Position numbers and translations under genes: made by a program. This document shows positions 1 to 10,441 of a stretch of 64,000 nucleotides of DNA, in pieces (positions within the stretch are counted from its first letter, which is position 1; each line of letters opens with the position of its first letter). A model generated the notes under the pieces. That model saw only the letters and a program-made list of their open reading frames with translations, was not told where the DNA came from and did not search any database. Source of the DNA: an uncultured delta proteobacterium (GTDB lineage Bacteria; Desulfobacterota; Desulfobacteria; Desulfobacterales; QNYZ01); NCBI GenBank assembly GCA_963845145.1, contig CAWJQU010000004.1, positions 256,001 through 320,000 on the forward strand. Direction: 5' to 3'.

Positions 1-1188
1 GACATCGATGCTGTTGGCCAGCCCGAATTCAGCCTGACGCGTCACAGCCTGGTGGTTTTCCTTCGCGAAGGTCAACTGATCTGAAAGCGCCGTGATGGTA
101 TTTTTACGCGTGATAAAATTCAGGTAGGCTTCGTCCACTTCTAAGGCGATCTGTTTTTTCAAAGTGGCGATTCCGAGATCCGCCTGCCGTTCTTTCGAGC
201 GGCTTTGGTTCACTTCCGCTTTACGTAAACCGCCGTCGTAAAGCGAAAATTGAAAGTTCACCCCTGCCCACATACTCTCATCAACCGGTGCCGCCGCATT
301 CGGCGAGGCATCCGGACGCGCCCAGACACCCTCGATACCGATTCGGGGCCACCAGGCGCTTTTGGTGAAACGGACCTCGTTTTCGGCTAATGCTTTTGCC
401 ATTCGCAGGGTATTCAGATCGGGGCGTTCATCAAAGGCGGTTCGTTTGAGGGCTGCCGGATCGAAATCATTATCTTTGTGTAAATCAAACACGGGCGCTT
501 CCAACCGAAACGGTCCTGCTAAACCGGTTAATCGGGTTAAAACCGACTGAGCGAATAATTTCAGGTTTTCGGCTCGAATTTGATCCGATACGGCACCGGA
601 CAATTCGGCACTGGCGCGGTATAGGTCCGTCTTGGTGACGGCACCTAGTTTCAATCGGGTTTGAACCGCTTCCCGATAGGTGGTCAACCGGTCTACATTG
701 GCAGTGGCGATATCGACTGCTTTTTCAGTTTTGAGCACATTGTAGTACGCTTCCGCCACACGGATCAAAAGGATTTCACGGTTGGATGCCAAATCAAAAC
801 GCTGTTTTGTAATGGTATCTTTGCTTATTTCAAGGGCGATGAGCTCCTTGCCGTTTAGCGTAAACGACTGATCCAGACGTAGGCCATAGGTGCTTGACCA
901 CTCCGGTTGAACGGGCATATCGCCCTTATATTTCTCTTCACTGTAATGTTTATAATCCCCAAAAGCAGAAAAGCGGGGGATCAGAACAGACAAGGCCCGC
1001 TTTTTATCCTGCTCGGCCACATAGACGGCTTCCTCGGCCAACTTGACTTCTTCGGATTGCGTCAGGGCCATTCGAAAAAGGGTATCAAGTGTGTAGGCGG
1101 GAGCGGCGCCGTGCGCTGGGGCACCCGCCGACATGAATAAAAAACCGGTAAGAATAAATGCTGCCGTTATTCGGCCAAAAATGATCAC
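1..1188 (-). CDS. TolC-family outer membrane efflux protein, 3' end runs off the window
   Basis: Absent from the ORF track because it is open-ended. GTG at 1188 with GGAGG RBS; signal peptide, then OEP-type helices ending ...ENHQAVTRQAEFGLANSIDV; downstream of TetR. Confidence 0.8.
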   Translation of the reverse strand, partial: MIIFGRITAAFILTGFLFMSAGAPAHGAAPAYTLDTLFRMALTQSEEVKLAEEAVYVAEQDKKRALSVLIPRFSAFGDYKHYSEEKYKGDMPVQPEWSSTYGLRLDQSFTLNGKELIALEISKDTITKQRFDLASNREILLIRVAEAYYNVLKTEKAVDIATANVDRLTTYREAVQTRLKLGAVTKTDLYRASAELSGAVSDQIRAENLKLFAQSVLTRLTGLAGPFRLEAPVFDLHKDNDFDPAALKRTAFDERPDLNTLRMAKALAENEVRFTKSAWWPRIGIEGVWARPDASPNAAAPVDESMWAGVNFQFSLYDGGLRKAEVNQSRSKERQADLGIATLKKQIALEVDEAYLNFITRKNTITALSDQLTFAKENHQAVTRQAEFGLANSIDV

Positions 1189-1198
1189 GCGTCCTCCC

Positions 1199-1882
1199 TT
1201 AAGCCTTATTCGAGCCGGCCGCCTTGAGATCCTTGGGTTGGTTGGTGGTATCCAATGGGTCGCGATCAGCCCGAATGGTCGCGACTAAATTGTTTAAATA
1301 ATAATTAACCTGCCATTTCAAATTAAAGTGTTGATTTCCCAACAGGTTATTAAAGAGCAAGCCGTCCATACAACCCATGATGTTGATCACGATCTGTTCG
1401 ACATCCCTGGCTATTTCAGCTTTAAAAGCACCCGTGGCAATGCCATGTAAAATGACGTCTGTCAAGATCCTGCGAATGTCGGCTGCCTTGCCGTCTATAA
1501 GCTCCCATTGGTGATACAAAACGCCGGTTTCAACGTACATTTGATCCACCATTTCAAGGTACATCCGGTTTCCTGGGGTTTGAGCACTGCCGATTTCGTT
1601 GGTCAGCTCGGCCACGACGTACAATTTATCAACGGGATTCGTTCTTTTTGCCATCAAGGTCGTCATACGAAAGCAGATCTGATCGACCCAAGCCCCAAAA
1701 GCGGCGATAAACACTTCCGCTTTGCTCTCGAAATATTCATACAACGTGCTTTTTCCCACACCTGCCGCTTCACCGATTTTGTTCATACTGGCAGCGGTAT
1801 ACCCCTGTTTTGAAAACACTTTGAGCGCCGCTTCTATGATGTGTTGCTGTTTTTCTTTTTTGTCGACGATGGCTGGTGACAT
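1199..1882 (-). CDS. TetR/AcrR family transcriptional regulator
   Basis: N-terminal HTH IIEAALKVFSKQGY...IGEAAGVGKSTLYEYFESK. Confidence 0.95.
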   Translation of the reverse strand: MSPAIVDKKEKQQHIIEAALKVFSKQGYTAASMNKIGEAAGVGKSTLYEYFESKAEVFIAAFGAWVDQICFRMTTLMAKRTNPVDKLYVVAELTNEIGSAQTPGNRMYLEMVDQMYVETGVLYHQWELIDGKAADIRRILTDVILHGIATGAFKAEIARDVEQIVINIMGCMDGLLFNNLLGNQHFNLKWQVNYYLNNLVATIRADRDPLDTTNQPKDLKAAGSNKA

Positions 1883-1908
1883 AGCTACAATGGTTTTTCT
1901 AGTTTTTT

Positions 1909-1920
1909 CCGACTGGTCGG
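1909..1920. promoter_or_regulatory. Probable TetR operator palindrome
   Basis: CCGAC-TG-GTCGG just upstream of the tetR start; a related site TCGACC-CTAT-GGTCGG at ~1962-1977. Confidence 0.55.
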
Positions 1921-2098
1921 TGTGAATATAGCTATCTATAATAATAAATCAAGTTTTTTTATCGACCCTATGGTCGGAAGTCATAAAAAAGGATCAAAAC
2001 AATATAAACTAGATGCCTTACAAAGAGCGAAAATCGGCTTGCAATGCATCTTGATACCCGCTATGAAGGCCGACAGTTTTAAGACTGCATTTTAACCT

Positions 2099-3211
2099 GT
2101 GAATAAAATAATCAAAACAACCATGCTGCAACGAATGATCACAGAAAGTACCCGAAAAATCCAAGTCCGGCTCGATTTAGGGACGGTGGCCGACCTCATT
2201 GCAACAACTCAGCGAAAAACCGGCGAGATACCCTGGCACACCCATGGTAAAACCGATCCATGGGATCATGTGGAGGCCGCCATGGGGTTGACGGTGGGCG
2301 GGTATTTAAATCAAGCCAAAAAGGCTTTTCAATGGCTGGTAGAGAACCAGCTTCCTGATGGAAGCTGGTATGCAGCCTATCGCAATGGCGAGCCATTGGA
2401 CCGGACCCGCGATACCAATTTTTGCGCCTATATCGCCGTGGGAGCGTACCATTATTATTTGAGTACCGGTGATTCGGATTTCCTGGCAGACATGTGGCCG
2501 ACCATTCGGTCGGCCATTGACTTTGTTGTCGCGCATCAAGCCCCTGGCGGAGAGATTTACTGGGCCGTCAGTCCCGAAGGAAAAGTGGACTGCATGGCGC
2601 TTTTAACCGGTTCAAGCGCTATTTATTTGAGTCTGAAATGTGCTTTGGCCGTCGCCACTCTGGTGGTGCCGGATTCTTTGGGTAATGAGGCAAAAAACCT
2701 GGCACGTTGGCGTTCCGCTTGTAAACGGTTGGGCCAGGCCATTCGTCATCGGCCCCACCATTTCAATATGACCAAATCTAGATTCGCCATGGATTGGTTT
2801 TATCCTGTTCTGTCCGGCGCCCTAACCGGAGAGGCGGCCCATCGACGCATCAATCGGTTCTGGAAGAAATTTATCATCGAAAATGAGGGCGTTCGATGCG
2901 TTTCCGATAAACCCTGGATCACCCTGGCGGAAACTGCCGAACTGATTCTGGCGTTGGAGGCCATGGGGAACCGGGATCAGGCCCAGGTTGTGTTTGACTG
3001 GATTTTTGATCGCCGCTTTGCAGACGGAACCTACTGGTGCGGTTACAATATTCCTGAACGGGAAATATGGCCCCAAGAGCGAATGACCTGGACCAATGCC
3101 GCGTTGTTGCTGGCGGCCGATAGCCTATATGACCTGACTCCCGCCGGCCGGATCTTCAGACACCGTTTTTGGGAAGACGCACCCGATTTCACAGGGCAAA
3201 CTAAAGGATAG
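2099..3211 (+). CDS. Prenyltransferase/squalene-cyclase-like (alpha/alpha toroid) protein
   Basis: DPWDHVEAAMGL, QW-like repeat WLVENQLPDGSW, RFAMDWFYPVL; real start may be ATG 2123. Confidence 0.7.
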   Translation: MNKIIKTTMLQRMITESTRKIQVRLDLGTVADLIATTQRKTGEIPWHTHGKTDPWDHVEAAMGLTVGGYLNQAKKAFQWLVENQLPDGSWYAAYRNGEPLDRTRDTNFCAYIAVGAYHYYLSTGDSDFLADMWPTIRSAIDFVVAHQAPGGEIYWAVSPEGKVDCMALLTGSSAIYLSLKCALAVATLVVPDSLGNEAKNLARWRSACKRLGQAIRHRPHHFNMTKSRFAMDWFYPVLSGALTGEAAHRRINRFWKKFIIENEGVRCVSDKPWITLAETAELILALEAMGNRDQAQVVFDWIFDRRFADGTYWCGYNIPEREIWPQERMTWTNAALLLAADSLYDLTPAGRIFRHRFWEDAPDFTGQTKG

Positions 3212-3326
3212 AATAAACAACGGTATGGTTCTTGTACTGAAAATATAATGGTTATTGATTTGACATGCCTAACTGGTGAGCGGTAACTTACCCTTGGCAC
3301 TTACTATATACTAAAGGAGATTTTAA

Positions 3327-3860
3327 ATGAACTGGGTCCGTAAAATAAAGCCGGCGCTAGGTTTTCTGGTTTGTATATTTTTCGCCATTTTTCTATTTTC
3401 CTGTACAGGGGCATCAAATGCCCAGATGGATACAGAGGCACCCATGATGGTCACGTTAAAAGTTCTTGATGTTTCGGATAAACAACCGGTTTCAGTCACA
3501 CTTGAATTTATATTAAAAAATAACACGACCCATGGATATAATGTGTTGACATGGGGAACCCCGCTTGAAGGTGAATTTTACGACAATATGTTTACCGTCA
3601 CGAAAGATGGGGAGCAACTTCCCTATCTTGGTAAGCAGGTCAAACGCGGCGCCCCGCAGAAAAACGATTTTATCGCAATGGGCCCCAACGGCGAACTTGT
3701 CGCAAAAATATTTCTGGAGCAGGGCTACGCAATTAAAGATCCGGGGCTCTATACGGTTCAATACCGCAAACCGTATATCAGTATGAAACCGGATCATGGT
3801 GAAATGCAACTGGTACCGGTTCGATCCAACCGGGTAGAATTTAAAATAGGGTCGAATTAA
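3327..3860 (+). CDS. Lipoprotein consisting only of an M35-protease propeptide-like domain
   Basis: Lipobox-like LFSC; aligns by eye with the N-terminal half of the next gene (WGTPLEG/WGTPFEG, PYLGKQVKR/PYIGKLVKR, GLYTVQY/GVYTVQY). Confidence 0.75.
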   Translation: MNWVRKIKPALGFLVCIFFAIFLFSCTGASNAQMDTEAPMMVTLKVLDVSDKQPVSVTLEFILKNNTTHGYNVLTWGTPLEGEFYDNMFTVTKDGEQLPYLGKQVKRGAPQKNDFIAMGPNGELVAKIFLEQGYAIKDPGLYTVQYRKPYISMKPDHGEMQLVPVRSNRVEFKIGSN

Positions 3861-3979
3861 AAACCGGATCGAGTTAAAACCGGATCGAGTTAAAGCAGGA
3901 TACTAATCCGGCCGACCCTTTAATGTAATGCCGACGTATCCGTAATCCGTTTGCATCTTAGATAAAAATAGGTTTTCCA

Positions 3980-5155
3980 ATGAAAGGCGGTTATATGTTG
4001 CGAATAAAAATGTCTATCTTACTCGTGTGCGCTTCTTTATGTTTAATGCCAAATGTATGGGCGAATACCTCGGCGGATGTTGTTGCAGAGATTGAAGTCC
4101 TTGAGGTCAATGAAAGTGATCATGTTTCCATCAGCATGAAATTCACGCTGAAGAACGAATCCGAGGATCCGGTTCGAGTCCTTAAATGGGGAACCCCGTT
4201 TGAGGGCGATTTTACCCAGGATATTTTTTACATTACGAACAATGGTAATCCAGTGCCTTATATCGGTAAACTGGTTAAACGGCTCCCGCCCACAGAAGAA
4301 GATTTTATTGAAATCGCTGGTAAAAGCGAGGCGTCGGAAATTGTTTACTTAGAGGACGGATATAAAATCTATGCCGCCGGAGTATATACGGTTCAATATA
4401 TAGACTCGACCCTCCGGGTAAAAACAACAGTTTTGAACCCGAATACCGAACCACAAAAAATGAAGTTGGTTCCGGTTCAATCCAGCGAAGTGACATTTGA
4501 AATCGTTGAAGGCACCCGTGAAGACGCTATCCCCAGCCTATCGAAGGCTAAAATTGAATGCTCTGATGCTCAATTCAATGCGGTAACACAGGGGCACGCA
4601 GCGGCCAAGAATATTGCAGCCGTGGCCCGACAAGCGCTATCAAATACCCCTGCGGATCAGCGGGCACAGGCCCAACGCTACCTGGAGTGGTTCGGCGCTT
4701 ACAGTGGGCCGAGGTATGCGGCGGTTACATCGAATTTTAATAGGGTTCACGATGCATTGTTTAATAGAACCATAACCGCTTACTGCCCGAGTGATTGTGC
4801 ATCAAACATCTTTGCTTATGTAAACCCCTCCCAGCCGTATAACATTAATTTTTGCGGTGCTTTTTTCCGGGCTCCGGTGACCGGAACCGATTCCAAAGCG
4901 GGCACCGTCATTCATGAACTCACCCATTTTACAGTGGTTGCCGGTACGGATGATATTGTTTATGGACAATCCGGTGCGCGATCTTTGGCCCGTAGCAATC
5001 CTAACGCAGCGATCAGAAATGCCGATAGTCATGAATATTTTGCAGAGAATACACCGCCCCTGCCAATGCCGGCCGGAGGTGGCAGCGGTGGTGGCGGCGA
5101 TGACAGTGATTCCAGCGGCAGTGGCGGGTGTTTTATCCAAACCGTAATGCATTAG
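3980..5155 (+). CDS. Secreted M35 family (aspzincin, peptidyl-Lys metalloendopeptidase-like) protease
   Basis: Signal peptide, propeptide, HELTH, GTDD, NADSHEYFAEN; Gly/Ser linker and GGCFI tail. Confidence 0.9.
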   Translation: MKGGYMLRIKMSILLVCASLCLMPNVWANTSADVVAEIEVLEVNESDHVSISMKFTLKNESEDPVRVLKWGTPFEGDFTQDIFYITNNGNPVPYIGKLVKRLPPTEEDFIEIAGKSEASEIVYLEDGYKIYAAGVYTVQYIDSTLRVKTTVLNPNTEPQKMKLVPVQSSEVTFEIVEGTREDAIPSLSKAKIECSDAQFNAVTQGHAAAKNIAAVARQALSNTPADQRAQAQRYLEWFGAYSGPRYAAVTSNFNRVHDALFNRTITAYCPSDCASNIFAYVNPSQPYNINFCGAFFRAPVTGTDSKAGTVIHELTHFTVVAGTDDIVYGQSGARSLARSNPNAAIRNADSHEYFAENTPPLPMPAGGGSGGGGDDSDSSGSGGCFIQTVMH

Positions 5156-5191
5156 GATTTCCGTCCGTTCTAACTATTTTTGAAACAATCA

Positions 5192-5221
5192 AGAAACGCC
5201 GTCTGGTAAGACGGCGTTTCT
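5192..5221. terminator. Intrinsic terminator, probably bidirectional
   Basis: AGAAACGCCGTCT-GGTA-AGACGGCGTTTCT between convergent genes. Confidence 0.8.
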
Positions 5222-5277
5222 AATTTTATCGGCTTATTTAGTAATGAATTTAAAACTGTTCCCCCACTGGCCGGTTT

Positions 5278-6429
5278 TTAGACATCGGTTTGGGGAAGAC
5301 GCACTCCTATGTGAAGGATAATGCCCCCAACTGCGGCGATGCCGGCGCTGACCAGAAATAGAAAAAACAGACCCGTATGGGCATATAACCAACCGTTGAT
5401 ATAGAACCCTACCATCAATCCCAATCCATAAGTAATCGAATTGTTCACTGCTTGCCCGAGGGCTTTATCTTGCTTGGGAGACAACTGGTCCACATATATA
5501 ATACTGGCCATATGGAATACCCCGTAGGTGACGGCATGCAATCCCTGGGAAAGCATGATGATGACGGGCGATATTGTCCAATAGAGAATCAGCCACCGAA
5601 GGATCGCCGCCCCAAAGGCATATAGCATCATCTTTTCAGGTGAATAACGACGAAACAGCCGGGCGGATGCCACCATAACAAAAATTTCGGCCATAGAGGC
5701 CAATGCCCACGCCATTCCAATATATGTTCCGCTGAGCCCCAGGTTTTCCAGATGGATTGAGAAAAAGCCATAGTAAGCGCCATGGCTCACCAGCATGCAA
5801 AAGGCACAAACCAAAAACAGGGTGAACCGGGAAGTGAAAAGGGTTCGAATCTCCGTAAGAGAGAGCGATGGCGGGCTTCTTTTTCCCGGCGGCAGGGCGG
5901 TTGCTAAGACAGATTGGATAATCGACCCTGCGAGGACCATTCCCAGGATGATGCCGACGCCTGACGTATCGATTATGTAACCCAAGGCCAGTACGACCAA
6001 AATAAAGCTGATGGAACCCCAGGCGCGGGTCTGTCCATATCTGGGTTTCTCACCGGCCAGCACATCCATGGTCATCGTTTCCAATAAAGAGATGATGGGG
6101 GTGTAAAATATACCGTAAACCAATGTGATCAGAAGCATCGGGCCGAAATCGGTGGTGAAAAAATACCCCGCCCAGATCAAGGTGCCAAAGACATTGCACA
6201 CGACATAGATTCGTTTTTGAATACCCAAGCGATCTGCCAGCAGGCCCCAAAAGATGGGAAACAAAACAATGGCAAATGATCGCACGGACGACAAAATACC
6301 GATTTGATACCCTGAAAAACCGATGTGGTAGCAATAGAGATTAAAATAGGGGAGTACGGCGCCCATGACGGCGAAATGAAGGAAATATTGGGAACGGATG
6401 ACGGTTAATGGTGATGCGGCGAGGGCCAT
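5278..6429 (-). CDS. MFS transporter (MFS_1_like)
   Basis: About 12 hydrophobic segments, WGLLADR motif A, YGQTRAWGSISF. Confidence 0.9.
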   Translation of the reverse strand: MALAASPLTVIRSQYFLHFAVMGAVLPYFNLYCYHIGFSGYQIGILSSVRSFAIVLFPIFWGLLADRLGIQKRIYVVCNVFGTLIWAGYFFTTDFGPMLLITLVYGIFYTPIISLLETMTMDVLAGEKPRYGQTRAWGSISFILVVLALGYIIDTSGVGIILGMVLAGSIIQSVLATALPPGKRSPPSLSLTEIRTLFTSRFTLFLVCAFCMLVSHGAYYGFFSIHLENLGLSGTYIGMAWALASMAEIFVMVASARLFRRYSPEKMMLYAFGAAILRWLILYWTISPVIIMLSQGLHAVTYGVFHMASIIYVDQLSPKQDKALGQAVNNSITYGLGLMVGFYINGWLYAHTGLFFLFLVSAGIAAVGGIILHIGVRLPQTDV

Positions 6430-6627
6430 GGACGATGATTTCCTGTTTTCATGGTGTCGATGGTGATCAAAGCGTGTCTAATCATTCACCAGTATAACAG
6501 GGGTGGGATATTGAAATCCAGCCTCAAAAGCAACGCTTAATCATTGGATAGAGTGGGGGGATCGAGTAGTCGCTATTTTCCTAAAAATTATTTAATTGTT
6601 GCCCCGGGTTTCTTTTTTCTCGGTTCC

Positions 6628-7209
6628 TTATCCCTCATCAGCAGGGGTATCATCCGCGGAGCCGGATACACGAATTTGGACGGTTGCCGCGAAGGACTCG
6701 ACCTTTCCGTCGTGCGCGGTAAAAGTGAAGCTGTCGCTACCCTGAAAATTGGCATTGGGGGTATAGGTCAGATCCGGTGCCACACCTGTCAGCGAACCAC
6801 TATTCGGGGGGTTAACGACCCGGTATGTCAGTGCATCACCATCAACGTCCGTGGCCGTAAGCGTAATATTAACGGCCGTATTTACCGGGGTTAGGATACT
6901 TTGATTCAGGGCCGCAGGGGCTTGATTGTCCAGGGTCGAATAGGTGGTTTCACAGCACAGGTCCGTGCCATCTCCCCAGCGGAAGGTCTGGGCGAAACCA
7001 TCGCGGTTATACCAGTAGGTCAGTGTATGCACACCGTTTTCAAAGGTTTTTTCTTCATCATCGGGTTTACCGCGATCGTCCACAAGATCGTCAATTTCCT
7101 CATCACAATCACACCCGCTCAGATCGAATTCATCACTATCGCAACCGGTTAGCCAACCGGTCATAGAAAAAACAACCACAATGATCAGTGCAAAAAGAAA
7201 GCGTTTCAT
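6628..7209 (-). CDS. Lipoprotein with C-terminal Ig-like (Big_9/cadherin-like) domain
   Basis: Start MKRFLF at 7209, lipobox LTGC; NQAPAA...ATDVDGDALTY...YTPNANFQGSDSFTF. Confidence 0.75.
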   Translation of the reverse strand: MKRFLFALIIVVVFSMTGWLTGCDSDEFDLSGCDCDEEIDDLVDDRGKPDDEEKTFENGVHTLTYWYNRDGFAQTFRWGDGTDLCCETTYSTLDNQAPAALNQSILTPVNTAVNITLTATDVDGDALTYRVVNPPNSGSLTGVAPDLTYTPNANFQGSDSFTFTAHDGKVESFAATVQIRVSGSADDTPADEG

Positions 7210-7398
7210 TGTTATGGGTCCATTCATGAAATGTTGGTTTAATGGCTTGCCAGTCTGTATGGCCGCTGGGTTTGATGATGGAATCATTCTCACAGATGAG
7301 GGCTTCCTGTCAAGTAATTGGGTCTGCGGCGGTTGGATTGGCGTGTTACGGTGTTTGGGGCAGGGCGTGTGGTACGCGCGCTCATGGGCCCAAGAATT

Positions 7399-7827
7399 TT
7401 ATTTCATGCAGTTTTTACAGATGCCGTCCACCCGAATTTCCACTTTGTCAATTCGGCCCGGAAACGTATTTTGAAAGGGCGTGGTATCGACTTGGAAACT
7501 GTTCGGATTCAGGCAATCCATCTGTCCGCAGCTTTTGCAATAAAAATGGGAATGGGGCTGGTGGTAATCATTGGGCGCAAGGCCAAAATAGGTGGCCCTT
7601 CCGGCGGTGCTCAAGCGCTCGATAATACCGTGATCGACCAAACGGTCGAGAATGCGATAGACCGTGACGCGGTTTATGGAACATGTCCGGCCAAGGGTTT
7701 TATAAATATCCGAGGCAGACAACGGAAAACTGTTATTGCCGATGACCTCCAGCACGCGTAGACGGTTGGTGGTTGGTTCCAGGTAAGCGGCGGTCAGCAT
7801 ATCCGGATAATTGCATCGATGGCACAT
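7399..7827 (-). CDS. zur: Fur family regulator, probably Zur
   Basis: TVYRIL, HSHFYCKSC, CKNC; last gene of the znuACB operon; start MCHRC at 7827. Confidence 0.8.
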   Translation of the reverse strand: MCHRCNYPDMLTAAYLEPTTNRLRVLEVIGNNSFPLSASDIYKTLGRTCSINRVTVYRILDRLVDHGIIERLSTAGRATYFGLAPNDYHQPHSHFYCKSCGQMDCLNPNSFQVDTTPFQNTFPGRIDKVEIRVDGICKNCMK

Positions 7828-7837
7828 GAGGTATCCT

Positions 7838-8680
7838 TCAAAGGGAATTGGCAACCTTTGATCCGGATGAACGGATCTGGTCAAGGATCTGGTCAAGGAT
7901 AAATGAAATGATAAAAACAATTCCGGAAACCAGAATAATCGAGGCGCCGGAGGTCAGGTTATACCGATAAGCCAGCCAGAGTCCGGTGATGGTGAAGACA
8001 GCGCCCAGCAAGCTGGACCCAACCATCATTTGCAGTAAGGATTTGGCGTGTTTTTCAACGATGAATGGCGGAATGGTTAAAAGGGCGATGACCAGAATCA
8101 GGCCAACGACCTGAATGACCATGACAATCGTTACAGCCAGCATTCCGATCATCGAAAAATAGAGCCTTTTGACCGGCACACCTCGAATTCGAGCGAATTC
8201 CTCATCATACGATAGTGCCAGAAGATCTTTGTAGTAGAACACCACCAGGCCGGTGATGCCGATGCCTATAATGAGCATAACCCAAAGGTCCGAAGCAGGG
8301 ACGGTGAGGATGCTGCCGAACAGATAGCTCATCAGGTCGACATGGTAGCCGGGGGTCAGGTCGATCAAGATAATACCGGTGGCCATACCCAGGGCCCAGA
8401 TGACGCCGATGATGGTATCGGCACGATGTTTGGCTTTCAAGCTGACAGCAGCCATCAACATGGCGGCTGCTAAAGAAAACCCAATAGTCCCCACCAGATA
8501 GGGCAAACCAAAGAAAAAGGCCAATCCGATTCCGCCATAGGCGGCATGGGCGATTCCGCCCGATAGAAACACGATTCGGTTGACCACCACCAGCGTTCCC
8601 ATAATACCGCAGATGATGCTGGCCAAAAGACCGGCCATCAGGGCGTTGCGCATAAATTCATAACCAAGGGCTTCAATCAT
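7838..8680 (-). CDS. znuB: Zn ABC transporter permease
   Basis: ABC-3 motifs GGIAHAAYGG, SYLFGSIL, VGLILVIALL. Confidence 0.9.
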   Translation of the reverse strand: MIEALGYEFMRNALMAGLLASIICGIMGTLVVVNRIVFLSGGIAHAAYGGIGLAFFFGLPYLVGTIGFSLAAAMLMAAVSLKAKHRADTIIGVIWALGMATGIILIDLTPGYHVDLMSYLFGSILTVPASDLWVMLIIGIGITGLVVFYYKDLLALSYDEEFARIRGVPVKRLYFSMIGMLAVTIVMVIQVVGLILVIALLTIPPFIVEKHAKSLLQMMVGSSLLGAVFTITGLWLAYRYNLTSGASIILVSGIVFIISFILDQILDQIRSSGSKVANSL

Positions 8681-8684
8681 GGCA

Positions 8685-9500
8685 CTATTTCTCGTGATCC
8701 GTCAGCACGCGATGCGGCAAACCATGGGCCACGAGCTCCACGGGGCATACATCTTCCGCCGCACAGGGGTACATGGTCTCCAGCATTTCCCCGGTGATCT
8801 CTGCCTGATCATGGTAGTGCAGCCGTTTGTTTACGCAGGCTACCGATTTAATATAACGGGATATCACCAGGAGGTCATGGCTAACCACCAGGATAGTGAT
8901 GTCCTGGTTGAGTTCTTTGAGGAGCGCGTAAAAATCGGCCTGTCCCTGGGTATCGATACTGGCCGTGGGTTCGTCCAACAACAGCAACATCGGCTGAGTA
9001 ACCAGCGCTCGGGCAATAAAGACCCGTTGGCGTTGTCCCCCCGAGAGTTCTCCAATTTTCTTAGCGGAAAAGCGACCCATTCCCAGTTGCTCAAGGGCGC
9101 GCAGCGCATCCCGGCGGTTTAGGGCGGTATTTTGCGACCACCGTTTTTTGGGATCCAGTTTTCCCATGAGAACCACATCCAGGGCCGAAATGGGAAAGCG
9201 GCGATTGATATGGACATCCTGGGGGACATACCCGATACAGGCGGATGCCTTTTCAGCGGGCGCACCATTAACCCGGATCTCTCCTGTCTCCGGCTTCAGT
9301 AACCCCAGGATTAGTCGTAACAGGGTGGTTTTACCGCCGCCGTTGGGACCGATCATGGCAATGAAATCTCCCTGGGAAACCACCAGATTGATTCCCTCGA
9401 TCACGGCTTCACCTCTATAGGCAAAGGTCACATTCCTCATTTCAACAATAGGTTGGCGACACGGGTTCACATTAGTTTGGCGACATGGATTCATATTCAT
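8685..9500 (-). CDS. znuC: Zn ABC transporter ATPase
   Basis: GPNGGGKTT, LSGGQRQR, LLLDEP, SHD. Confidence 0.9.
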   Translation of the reverse strand: MNMNPCRQTNVNPCRQPIVEMRNVTFAYRGEAVIEGINLVVSQGDFIAMIGPNGGGKTTLLRLILGLLKPETGEIRVNGAPAEKASACIGYVPQDVHINRRFPISALDVVLMGKLDPKKRWSQNTALNRRDALRALEQLGMGRFSAKKIGELSGGQRQRVFIARALVTQPMLLLLDEPTASIDTQGQADFYALLKELNQDITILVVSHDLLVISRYIKSVACVNKRLHYHDQAEITGEMLETMYPCAAEDVCPVELVAHGLPHRVLTDHEK

Positions 9501-10441
9501 TTTAAAACAGCGCTGATTTTTTCGGCAATGGTTTCCAGATTGGCTGTCCAGTTCTCTGCTAAAGGGTCGGCCAGAACAACCTGACCGTCAATGGCCCTGG
9601 CAACGAGCCGGGCATTTTTAGTGGATAGTTGCGGTTGGGCGAAGATAACTCGTATTCCTTTTGCGCGCGCATGTTTGATTAAATGTTGCAATTGGGCTGG
9701 TTTGGGCGTTTTCCCCTCGAGTTCAATGGGGACCTGCCGCAGCCCGTAAGCTTGGGCAAAATAGCCCCAGGCCGGATGGAACACCACAAACTGAAAGCCC
9801 TTTTGGCCGGCAAACATATTGGTCAGGCGGTTATCAAGTTGATCTAATTTGGATATAAATTGTTGAAAATTGGTTTGATACACTTTTGCATGGGCCGGAT
9901 CTACCGCTGTGAGAGCAGCTAATATCGTGCGCGCTTGTATCTTTACCAGGGGGGGAGACAACCAAATGTGCGGATCAAGCCCCGAATGTGTATGGTGATC
10001 ATGGCCATTTTCGGGATTTTTACCGGGTTCCTCTTTTCCATGGTGTTCAAGGGCGTCGGTGTTACCGCTCTTTTTGCCAGGGTTGGAATCAACTGTCATG
10101 GGCAATTTTTCGATCCCCTGGTCGGTGTGAACCACTCTCATCCGCGAGTTGGCGGCCGAAATCTTATTTAACCAAATCCGCTCAAATTCAACGCCGATGG
10201 CAAAATAGAGTGTGGTTTTGGCAATGGCCACCATTTGCCGGGGCTTGGGTTCATACGTATGTGGGGCGGCACCGGGTTGCACCATCACGTGGATATCAAC
10301 CAGGTCTTTGCCAATTTGTTGCACAAAGTATTTCTGGGGAACAATGCTGACAAATACCGGCATCTGCGCGAATGCGCTCTTAGTTAAAAAAAATATTAAT
10401 AACCAGATAGTTACATAAGTGAATTGGTTAAGCGGGCGCAT
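9497..10441 (-). CDS. znuA: Zn ABC transporter substrate-binding protein
   Basis: PHTYEP, His-rich loop, DPHIWLSP; likely start MRPLNQ at 10441. Confidence 0.9.
   Translation of the reverse strand: MRPLNQFTYVTIWLLIFFLTKSAFAQMPVFVSIVPQKYFVQQIGKDLVDIHVMVQPGAAPHTYEPKPRQMVAIAKTTLYFAIGVEFERIWLNKISAANSRMRVVHTDQGIEKLPMTVDSNPGKKSGNTDALEHHGKEEPGKNPENGHDHHTHSGLDPHIWLSPPLVKIQARTILAALTAVDPAHAKVYQTNFQQFISKLDQLDNRLTNMFAGQKGFQFVVFHPAWGYFAQAYGLRQVPIELEGKTPKPAQLQHLIKHARAKGIRVIFAQPQLSTKNARLVARAIDGQVVLADPLAENWTANLETIAEKISAVLK

Noticed and set aside
3843..3900. CRISPR array
   Set aside because: Short adjacent tandem units without spacers; no cas genes in the window
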